From positions 1 through 62,251 of the forward strand of contig JAUCBJ010001678.1 of assembly GCA_032718475.1 (NCBI GenBank): a DNA stretch of 62,251 nucleotides, read 5' to 3'. The notes under the pieces are model-generated. The model saw nothing but the letters and a program-made list of their open reading frames with translations. It had not been told where the DNA came from and did no database searches. Both the position numbers and the translations under genes were made by a program. Each line of letters starts with the position of its first letter. Position 1 is the first letter of the stretch. Positions 38,099 through 47,415 of the stretch are shown here, in pieces. This DNA is from Nemertoderma westbladi (Eukaryota > Animalia > Xenacoelomorpha).

Positions 38099-38650
38099 CT
38101 AATTATATTTTACATCAAAAACCCCCACACCAAACAATAATAAATTATTAACCAGCTTGTTGAAAATAGGATAATATATATGAAATTTAAACGGGGAACA
38201 CATTAATGTACATTTACCAGTGTAGAAACAGCAAACAACAACAATATTATTTATTCTGACTTTACAGTTATTGAATATTTCAGGGTCGTATGAAATTTCT
38301 AGTTTAACATTATCAAATATAACATAAAACCCGATATTATTTATAAGTAACCTATAAATTACAGTATCGATACTAAAAATATAAGTACACAAATTGATTG
38401 ATTTAAAAATCAAATTAATGTTTGTTTTTTCTAATATATGTTTTTTCACTTTATTAAAATTATATTTTCTACCGAGAATTGTTATTCGTCCGTTTGTAAA
38501 CATTAATATGGTTGCACCAAATACCTTATATATAAACTGATTAGGTTTGAGTACAATTTTACCATTCAATTGCTTTTTTAATTCTTTCAAATTAAGTCCT
38601 TAAATAATCTGCTTACAACTTATATTTTTATTTACTATTTGATAATTCAT
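38099..38650 (-). pseudogene. TATA-binding-protein-like gene of the Polinton (183 codons) with in-frame TAA at 38600-38602
   Basis: ATG overlaps the pPolB 3' end. Repeat 1: YQIVNKNISCK..LNLKEL...ATILMFTNGRITILG. Repeat 2: FKSINLCTY...SYDPEIF...VVCCFYTGKCTL. These match TBP TALIFSSGKMVCTG and SYEPELF...LLIFVSGKVVL. Confidence 0.75.
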
Positions 38651-41600
38651 CATCAACACTGTCGTCTTTTGGTTCTTCATAAATTGGTATATTTGATATT
38701 TTTATAGGTTTTTTGAGGTTTGTTTTATAGTGCCCCCAAGGAAGCGATTGATTTTTATTAAGCCAATAAAGTTTATCATCAAAGCTACTGAGTGCAAATT
38801 TATTTTGCTTTAAGGTATAAATACGATGTAATTTAGATTGAAATCTGTGTATGTTTTTTTTTATTTCTTCATTTGAGTTATATGCTTTTAAATATTCTTC
38901 ATGTGTAATATTCGTTTCCACAACAGCTCTTGTAATACCTTTTGCTCTACGAATATTTTTATTATTCCATTCCAAAATTGAATATAATTTTGGTCTTAAA
39001 AATACTGCTTGTTTAATTTCACGTGAGGCTAGTTCGTCTTTACAGTAATAGAGTCTGGATTTATTTTTATCACTGTAGAGTGGGTGATCCTTAGGGTAAT
39101 TGGATGTATCTAAAATATTATTTTTAATTAATGCTTTTAAAAAATTATTCTGCGATGTATTATAGTAACAACCTATCAAAGAGTCAGTGTCTGATGCAGC
39201 AATTTCAATACGGCAGTTTAATTCTTTCTCAATAGGTAGCAATTTATTGTAATACAGATCATACATATCCAATTTAGCCAAGTCCAACACAGCGCTACCA
39301 ATAAATATAGGCTTATCGAGAGTTACAGAGTCTTTCACTAATAAATGTCCCGATAGTGTATTATTGTATATTATAAATTGTTCATGATTAATACGATTTA
39401 CCAATTGATCGCATTTATCGTTGCTATTTGCGATACGAAAGTTACATCGGTCACGTATCCTCTCTATTGATTTGCCAAACAGCGAATTATTGAGCAATTT
39501 CGCGACAGCTGTTTCAATATAACTTTTTGCCAGTCGCCTTTGATTAATATTAAAATCGATGTAATTTTTAAATACAAATTCTTGTTGAAAAGAATATAAT
39601 TTATGTAGTTTAGTAACAATTAATCCATGTTTTATATAAAATTTTAACAGTTTCAAATGTAAATGATAAAACTCTTTATCAAATTGTGTCAGCATGAGTT
39701 TTGGTATAGACATTCTATATTTACGGGAGGTATCTCTTTGTATCGACAAGTTATTAAATTGTTCCCGCATATAAGGTGAAAGCATTGATTCATTTATACT
39801 TAAATGCTCGGGGGCTAACGGTAATTGTAATGTTTGATCGTGAATAGCCTTGGGATAATTTAAATCACATATTAAAAAATATCCAGTAGATCCCTCAATG
39901 TCTAAATCTACCAAGTACTCGATTAGTTTTTCTGGTTTTGCATTCTCTAAATGTTTAATACTTACTTCTTTGAATTGTGAGGTGGGTAGTTTTTTACTTA
40001 AATTCCCAGAATATAAAGAGTTGAAATCAATATTAAAAATATGGCATTCTTCCTTAGTAGAATCATATGTACTTGTACCTGGTATATTTGATTCTATATA
40101 ATGTTTTCGACAAAATGAAACACCACCCCTAATTGATTTTTCAAAATCTCTATATGTCTGATAATCCTTTATTAATTCTATTTTACATTTATTATATTTT
40201 AGCGCGCAATCATAGGTAAATGACGCGATACTGCAGTAAAAAACCGCTTCTAAATCGTAATTTTGTTTACAAACATTCCTAAAATTCTCAAATATATCGG
40301 CAAGCAAACAAACATCGAGTTTTAAATAGGCTAAAAGATAATCTTTGAGATTCACACAGTCGAATTCTACCCATGATATTCCCGCAAACCTATAATCTTC
40401 AATTGTGCATGTTTTTTGACTTAAGTTACTAAAAAAATTATTTATAGACGGCAAACCAGTATCATTAAATTTATTTATATCTGTCAAGTACTCGTATGGA
40501 AATACTCCTTTCCGTTTAATCGTTGAGTTATTCAAGTTTGGATAAAAATATTTCATTTCTTGTAGAGTAATAGGTAAAATTGAGCTTATATCATGACTGG
40601 CTACATCCTTTGTTGAACACTCAACTAAATTACTTAAAGAAAAGCTTAAAAATTGATATGTGTCTAAGAAACGTAACTCAATTTTCTTAGAAGTGTTTTT
40701 AATTGGGATAAAGGCACTCAGTGAAATATATCGTTCTGTATTTCTCGGTATAACCTTTATATCCCAATCTGTGTATTTCTTATCTCTAAATCCGCTTTGT
40801 AATATACAATGTATATCGTAGTTGTTGGAATTGTGCCCGCAAAGTACATACAGGTATCGTTTCAATGATAAACTTCGGTTACAACTATTACAGGCTGCCG
40901 CAATATATTTACCTGTAATATGTGAATGGTGTCTGTTTTTCCCAACATTATTATTTAAAGTAACATTACAATAAAAACAAAATTTTGCTTGTTCAAAATT
41001 TACAAAATCAATATTAGTAAATGACATAGTTTTATGTGTGTATATTTCTGACCAACAACATAATTCAGTTAAATCAGTATATAATGAATCTAAGAAATCT
41101 TGAATACAATTATTATTATTTGACTTTACGAATGTTTTCAAATGACATTTTGGAGCATCAATTAATTCAGTATTGGGAACAATTAAATAACTCACTGCAC
41201 ACGGTATATGCTCCTGTATAATTTGATTATTAACTGACGGTTGTAAGATACATTCTATATCAAAGTAGGTGACAAACAATGGGGATAAGGTTCTATCTAA
41301 ATTTGTAAAACTAATGTGTGTTCTTTTTTTATTAGGTAGTTTCTCGCGCTGACTTCTTCCTTGGTAGCAGGCGAGATGGTGTCGATGAAGAACTTCCGCT
41401 CGAAAAAAATGAGTCAAACACCTTTCGCAATATTTCCTATTCCTGATATGAAGTGCTCTCGTATTCAGCAATCGATTCAAGTTAGTTATGCAAACATAAT
41501 GATTCAGTTTAGGTACATTGTTATTTTTTACTACAAGTAATATATTTAATAACTGTTTATCAGGTGTAATTTTACTAAACGGAGGTTGTCTTAATATAGA

Positions 41601-42686
41601 TACCGGGGTGCGTTTGTTGTCGTTATTCCAACATAGTAAATTAATTATATATTTTGAATTTTGTTTTTCAAAAAGTTTAATTGCTAACTGCCACTCTGTT
41701 GGATAATCTTTGTTCCCGTTGTCAAAAATGAAATGAGTCATATAATTTTTGTACGATGAAGTATGCTGTTTGTTGTTTTTCACTTTGCTACTAAATTTTG
41801 CAGATATAATTGCCCATTTAAAACAGTCATTATCAGCCGATTGTACATTTATAACACATCGTTTACACGCTAGAGCCTTAGGTAACTCCATATAACCGTG
41901 CCCCTTATATAGTAACGACCTACACTTAGATTCAGCTAATTTAATTTCAACCCTTAATAAAGATTTAATACGCCACCCAGAACCACGTGTGTTAAAGATG
42001 GCTATTTTTTGTAATATATTCCCCAGCACATGCTCAAACCATGTGTCAAAACTTTGCAGCGAATCTACAGTATTAATAGCACCACCGGAAGAATTAAAAT
42101 AAAAGGTTTCCAATTGCTCACCTTCTGAAAAATGTGACCTGTACATTAATACATTTAGACCTAACCACAGTCTAAGAACATTCATTTCTTTCAATCTATC
42201 TAATATTAACTGAAGAATATTACCTCGAATTAGCGTTACTGCTGTTTCTACATCGGGATAATCTCTAGAAGTTGGGAGGTCGTGGACATAAATTTCAAGA
42301 CGATTATCGTGAGCTTCTTGTTCCTGCGTAAAAATTGTTGCGTATGTACCAAGAGCCACCCTTAAGTTTTTTCTAGATATTATATTTTTATGTTGCGGAA
42401 ATTTACGCTTTCTTGTGTAGTAACATTTCAAGTGACAATCGTGTCGTAAATAATTGTCATATGTATACTCTTTATTACAGGTAGAACAAGTCAATTGATA
42501 GGTGCGGAACTCCATTTCTTTACAACCAGTAGTCGTTTCATGTCGTTTACAAATTTCGCTGCATGAAGTCACGACATGACACTTTAAACAAGAATAACTT
42601 TCAAAATGTGACCGTAGGTGGCGTAAGTAATTATGTCTAGTTACATTCATATGACAGAATGAACAACATATTGTTATTTTATCCAT
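38628..42686 (-). CDS. Protein-primed family B DNA polymerase (1352 aa) with N-terminal zinc fingers, OTU-like region and endonuclease VII-like insertion
   Basis: Exonuclease motifs YFDIEC, HNSNNYD, YLKLDV; polymerase motifs DFNSLY, KLLNNSLFGK, DTDS, PKLYS, KGI; also GSGW, NDCFKWAI..HY and CFYC..HHSHITGKY..ACNSCN. Confidence 0.97.
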   Translation of the reverse strand: MDKITICCSFCHMNVTRHNYLRHLRSHFESYSCLKCHVVTSCSEICKRHETTTGCKEMEFRTYQLTCSTCNKEYTYDNYLRHDCHLKCYYTRKRKFPQHKNIISRKNLRVALGTYATIFTQEQEAHDNRLEIYVHDLPTSRDYPDVETAVTLIRGNILQLILDRLKEMNVLRLWLGLNVLMYRSHFSEGEQLETFYFNSSGGAINTVDSLQSFDTWFEHVLGNILQKIAIFNTRGSGWRIKSLLRVEIKLAESKCRSLLYKGHGYMELPKALACKRCVINVQSADNDCFKWAIISAKFSSKVKNNKQHTSSYKNYMTHFIFDNGNKDYPTEWQLAIKLFEKQNSKYIINLLCWNNDNKRTPVSILRQPPFSKITPDKQLLNILLVVKNNNVPKLNHYVCITNLNRLLNTRALHIRNRKYCERCLTHFFRAEVLHRHHLACYQGRSQREKLPNKKRTHISFTNLDRTLSPLFVTYFDIECILQPSVNNQIIQEHIPCAVSYLIVPNTELIDAPKCHLKTFVKSNNNNCIQDFLDSLYTDLTELCCWSEIYTHKTMSFTNIDFVNFEQAKFCFYCNVTLNNNVGKNRHHSHITGKYIAAACNSCNRSLSLKRYLYVLCGHNSNNYDIHCILQSGFRDKKYTDWDIKVIPRNTERYISLSAFIPIKNTSKKIELRFLDTYQFLSFSLSNLVECSTKDVASHDISSILPITLQEMKYFYPNLNNSTIKRKGVFPYEYLTDINKFNDTGLPSINNFFSNLSQKTCTIEDYRFAGISWVEFDCVNLKDYLLAYLKLDVCLLADIFENFRNVCKQNYDLEAVFYCSIASFTYDCALKYNKCKIELIKDYQTYRDFEKSIRGGVSFCRKHYIESNIPGTSTYDSTKEECHIFNIDFNSLYSGNLSKKLPTSQFKEVSIKHLENAKPEKLIEYLVDLDIEGSTGYFLICDLNYPKAIHDQTLQLPLAPEHLSINESMLSPYMREQFNNLSIQRDTSRKYRMSIPKLMLTQFDKEFYHLHLKLLKFYIKHGLIVTKLHKLYSFQQEFVFKNYIDFNINQRRLAKSYIETAVAKLLNNSLFGKSIERIRDRCNFRIANSNDKCDQLVNRINHEQFIIYNNTLSGHLLVKDSVTLDKPIFIGSAVLDLAKLDMYDLYYNKLLPIEKELNCRIEIAASDTDSLIGCYYNTSQNNFLKALIKNNILDTSNYPKDHPLYSDKNKSRLYYCKDELASREIKQAVFLRPKLYSILEWNNKNIRRAKGITRAVVETNITHEEYLKAYNSNEEIKKNIHRFQSKLHRIYTLKQNKFALSSFDDKLYWLNKNQSLPWGHYKTNLKKPIKISNIPIYEEPKDDSVDDELSNSK

Positions 42687-42875
42687 GTTGAAGTTTGTTT
42701 AGATAAATAATAATAATAATAATAATAAAATATCTCCAAAGATTAAAATAAAATGAAATGATATGATATTGACTACATCTAAACATTTATATGCTAGCGA
42801 GGGAAATAATTTTAAACCAATCACCAATCGCTTATGACTATTGGAAACCGCAAAGAGTTTAACTTATGATTAGGC

Positions 42876-43937
42876 TTACATGTTAGGATAATAATCTGGT
42901 TTCCATGGAGAATTAGTAACAGGCTCTACTGGAACTGGGTTACTGACAACTTTCTGTTTCTTTGCAGGTGATGCGTTGGTAAATTTACTCGATGATCTTG
43001 GCTTCCGAGGTAATATTTCAGGAAAGACCTGTTGCGGTTGAGAGCAACTCTCTTCAACATCTGGATTAGGTGATGGGATCTCTACGAACGCTTTAGGTTT
43101 ATCCAAAAGGACAAAACCGTCAACATGGGCTTCAGTAAGAGAAACACCATCCATCGATTCTTTGAGAAAACTAATATGGGCTTTATCATTCAAGTAATGC
43201 AACTCGATAGAATTTCCGCCGGCACCTACTTCAGTAGAATTATCGGTGTTGGTGATAATAATTTTTTTATTATTGGTTTTAATCATTTTGAGACGGTCTG
43301 ATAATTGAATGATATTTTTATCAAAAAGATGCTTGTCTGTTTCATCGACTTGGTTGTCCCACTCTCGCAACAAAACGGTTAGTTCCTGTTTTGACAAATT
43401 GAAACCCGTATAATAGTTAAAACCAACACTATCAGTGTATCTGAGGCTGATTTTCCATAAGCCAACATAGTTGGTTCCTTTAAAAGCTGTTACAAATCCA
43501 ATAAACTCTGGATTTGATAATTCAATGTAGAATTGATCGCTAATAATCTCTAGCGGTGGAGAGAGAAATTGCAATAATTTCCCTCTGTATTGAATTAGAA
43601 CTTCAGTAAAAGCTTTGTTGAGAACTTTACATTTGCCTTGTTTCTGAACGTAAACATCACCCGATGTGGGGTTGATGGAAATATTCAAATTTCCCCGCGC
43701 AAAACGAAGAGTGGGATATATCCTACCTGGTATAATTGCTGGTCTGGATTGATGTTGGTTGTTGGTTGTTTCTAGAATGTCTAACAAATAGCGGGTATCT
43801 TGATGGGAAAAACAAATTGATTCGTTGTCCTCCTGAGATTCCACAATAAAATACTTGCTGTGAACGACGGTACAAGTATATTTATTGTAAGTAAATTTCC
43901 AGCTATTTGTTGCTCCGGTTTTTTGCGTTAAGGCCAT
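42876..43937 (-). CDS. Polinton protein with PC4-like ssDNA-binding domain(s), 353 aa
   Basis: FVTAFKGTNYVGLWK...GFNLSKQELTVL resembles PC4 VSVRDFKGKVLIDIRE...GISLNPEQWSQL; SV40-like NLS PAKKQKV; lies upstream of pPolB on the same strand. Confidence 0.6.
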   Translation of the reverse strand: MALTQKTGATNSWKFTYNKYTCTVVHSKYFIVESQEDNESICFSHQDTRYLLDILETTNNQHQSRPAIIPGRIYPTLRFARGNLNISINPTSGDVYVQKQGKCKVLNKAFTEVLIQYRGKLLQFLSPPLEIISDQFYIELSNPEFIGFVTAFKGTNYVGLWKISLRYTDSVGFNYYTGFNLSKQELTVLLREWDNQVDETDKHLFDKNIIQLSDRLKMIKTNNKKIIITNTDNSTEVGAGGNSIELHYLNDKAHISFLKESMDGVSLTEAHVDGFVLLDKPKAFVEIPSPNPDVEESCSQPQQVFPEILPRKPRSSSKFTNASPAKKQKVVSNPVPVEPVTNSPWKPDYYPNM

Positions 43938-44040
43938 AATAATAATAATAATAAATACGAAAAATATTACAAGTGATAAATTTTAAACCGTATCGCTGTA
44001 ATAAATTGACACCATAGTTCTCACTCTAAAATTGTGATAC

Positions 44041-44108
44041 TTGTATATTGGTTTCATTCCATTCCAAAATTGAATATAACTTTGGAATGGAATGAATCCA
44101 ATATACAA
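44041..44108. ncRNA. 68-nt near-perfect hairpin, candidate small-RNA precursor containing pPolB sequence
   Basis: 28-bp stem with one mismatch and a 12-nt loop; 44056-44085 matches 38964-38993 at 29/30 nt. Expression is not shown. Confidence 0.45.
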
Positions 44109-44518
44109 CGAGTAAGATAATGTATAAATTATTAAGGAAATAACACAATGTCAGAGTGAGAACAAAAAATTAGATATGGTATCAATATATTACCATGAAG
44201 ATTACAAGTGATGAATTTTATTAAAAGCATTCAGTTATATATATATAAATTTGCGATGTGGCATAGTCAACGAAGAAGAGATGGTACGTGTCATAATCAT
44301 CAACGAATAAGAAAAGAGATGGGGAGCAACGTGGATGAATAGCTGGCTGGTTGATTGCATGGATAGGAAATACGTGAAAGAATATGAATCATAGGGTTGT
44401 GTGTAATAATAATCAATAATTATTATAATAAAAACGCGCAGTATAATGTTAGTGGTGGTGGTGGTGGTAGGCTTTCAATATGACACAGATGCTGTGGGAT
44501 TGGTTAGGTTAGGTTGAG

Positions 44519-45009
44519 TAACTATGGAAATATTCGTATACGTGTAGCTGGAACGTGGCGGAATTTCACGTATCATAGCGTTGGATTGGACTGGTAGGCT
44601 GCTTGGTTGGTTGGATTGATTGATTTGGCGACAGCCGTCGAGGAGTAGCCGTGCGTGGCAAGCGGTGGTGAGTTGGCAATCGATATATAATATAATAGCG
44701 TAGTGGGGGCTAGCCATGCATCGTGAAGTTAGGTTACGTGAAGATGAATATGCGATGGTTGGTTGATGCAACAACACGAATCAATACTCACGGTTGGTAA
44801 CAGCTATCGAGTAAGGCAGGCATCGTGAGGTTAGGCTACGCGTAGGCGATAGGCAACGATTGGTTGAAGGCATCGACACGAATCAATATTGATGGTGACA
44901 GATGGTCATTAAACATCGCGATTTAGCACGTTTTTAATAGCCCTCCGAGATGCAGCCCGTAGCCCAGGCTAGGGAGGAGTTCGCGGGGGGACACTCTTCT
45001 TCTACTACT
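44519..45009 (-). repeat. Polinton right terminal inverted repeat
   Basis: Reverse complement of 18676-19166; followed by TSD CATGTT. Confidence 0.97.
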
Positions 45010-45195
45010 CATGTTTTCGAGAGTTTATATACCAGATTATCAGCGAATTGAGTTTACACGATTTCGGCTAAGCTCACACCGTTTAAGGATAGAGTTAGGT
45101 AGACGGTATAGAACACTACGCGAAAATCGAGTGTGTTCTTGCGACAAGAAGACAATACAAACCGAGGAACATGTATTGTTCTACTGTCCCTTACC

Positions 45196-46420
45196 GGCGC
45201 AGTGGCGGTTCGGCTAATGTCGCGTTACGGAAAGTCGCGTTACGGCTAATTTTCAGAGTAGCCGTAACGCGACGTCGCGGTACGGCTGCTCAAAAAGTCG
45301 CGTTACGGCTAATTGTCGCGTTACGGCTAATCTATTGTCTTGGTTTTACATAGGGAATCATTATCAATATTATTGTACAGATTATTATGTACAGATGAGG
45401 TCCGAAAAATATACTGTGATAATGTTTTACAGCATGGGAGTATCCAGGGGGGGGGGGGGGGGGCATATAACTAAAAAAACTTAATTTATTAATTATTGTA
45501 TTATTGAGTACCACAGTACACAGTACCATAGAGGTATCTTGGTCGAAAGTATACCTGTATCAGTATTTTGCCGAAATATTGCACTTTGAATTTATCATTA
45601 TAATAATCAAATCAAAAATATCTAAAACTAAAGCTCTTGAATTAGCCAGTCATTAGCCAGTCCTGTTTATGGCATTTGGTTCGGTGGTGGAGTGGGTTGG
45701 AATGGTTCGGCCGCGAAGGGGTGGTTCGGTGGTGGGGTGGGTTGGAATGGTTCGGCCTGAAGGGGTGGTGGGGTGGGTTGGAATGGTTCGGCCGCGAGGG
45801 GTGGTTCGGGGTGGGTTGGGAAGAAATGGTTCGGCCGCGAAGGGGTGGTTCGGTGGTGGGGTGGGTTGAAATGGTTCGGCCGCGAAGGGGTGGTTCGGTG
45901 GTGGGGTGGGTTGGAATAGTTCGGCCGCGAAGGGGTAGTTCGGTGGTGGGGTGGGTTGGAATGGTTCGGCCGCGAAGGGGTAGTTCGGTGGTGGGGTGGG
46001 TTGGAATGGCTCGGCCGCGAAGGGGTGGGTTGGGAAGAAATGTTTCGGTCGCGAAGGGGTGGTTCAATACACCAACATGCCAGTCGGTATCACCACCCCC
46101 TTCCAATGCAGCTGGACTTTCAACTGGGTGATCGGCGGCCGGAAGGACAGCCATTGCCTGCTTGTCAGTCCCCAAACAGAACGCCATATGGTTCAGGTAG
46201 CGAGCCAGGCCCCAGGCGTTGGTTAACAACATCGTTATGAAGTAATGGAATATGTGGAAAACCATTAATTGATTCTTTGGCTGCTATTATTGGCTGTAAT
46301 CCGTACCTGTGATTGAGGCTGTGACTAAGAGTAGCCGTACCGCGACTTTGAAAATCGCGTTACGGCTAATCTCTCAAAAAATTAGCCGTAGCGCGACATT
46401 AGCTGTAACGCGACGACACC
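45196..46420. mobile_element. Foldback/Mutator-like non-autonomous element
   Basis: GTCGCGTTACGGCTAAT subterminal repeats inverted at both ends; 9-bp flanks TCCCTTACC and TCCCTTAAC; removal restores the LINE frame. Confidence 0.8.
45677..46065 (+). repeat. 45-bp G-rich tandem repeat
   Basis: Unit GGTTCGGTGGTGGGGTGGGTTGGAATGGTTCGGCCGCGAAGGGGT, about 8-9 variable copies. Confidence 0.9.
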
Positions 46421-46958
46421 TCCCTTAACAAATTATGTACGCGCAAAATATCTATATATAAAAGGTGCGAGTAGACTATGTAATTTTATGTTAAATAATA
46501 ACCCAAAGGTAATAGCTAGAATGGTGTCGGAGGTTCTGAAAGTTTTCGATTGACAAGATTCTTATTTATTATTTATTATTCTTATATTTTTTTTGTTTTA
46601 TTTACAATTATATTTTTTTTTGGACTTGCGAAGTTTAATATTAGATAATGTTTCTTTCATTTATTGTGCATTGCAATTTTGTAACTATACTGTTTCTTCG
46701 CCGCACCACCGCCCGTGAGTCAATAAACCAATTTATATAATGATTTATTTTAATAAATAAGACACAGCGGATTATTATTGGTGGATTTTATTTATGAAAA
46801 TAAGAATTGAAATTTATTTTTTTATTGAAGAAACAAATTTTTATCTGTTTTTTTGAAAATGAGAAATGAAATTATTCATTTACAGTTTTTTTTCTATATG
46901 AAATGAAATTTACTGCACATAGTGTCAATTGAAATTTGCCGTTAATGTTAATCAGTTT

Positions 46959-47281
46959 GGGTGCTATCTTCGCCCACGACCAATCTTCGCCCGCGAGCAA
47001 CCTTCGCCCAATAAGGTTTGTGTTAGTAACCATTTTAGTTACCAATTGAGGGAAAGGTGCAGGTTACATAGTCGGCTTTTTCAAACCAAAACTATAAACA
47101 AATTTTTGTGCCAATTGAGGGAAAGGAGCAGGTTACAGAGACGGCTCTTCTATCCAAAACAATAATTGTTTAGTGGGCGAAGACTGCTTGCGGTCGAGGG
47201 TTTCCGCCGGGCGTTAAGTTGCTCATTTTGAGGGCGAAGATTGCTCCGGGCGAAGATTGGGCGCGGCCGACGTTTGCTGCC
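46959..47281. mobile_element. Small MITE-like element
   Basis: CTTCGCCC repeats on the left and GGGCGAAG repeats on the right; no clear TSD. Confidence 0.55.
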
Positions 47282-47415
47282 TACCATCGCTCAGTCGAAC
47301 ATAAGTAACTAAATTGTTAACATGGGGCGAAATTATTATTTATGATTTTCTAATTAAAAAATAGTCAAAGGAATTTCCCATCTCATTAGTTTTCTCTAAA
47401 GGCCACCCTGGTTTC

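Noticed and set aside
45642-46265. 207-aa Pro/Thr-rich ORF
   Set aside because: Mostly the 45-bp repeat read in frame; no domain.
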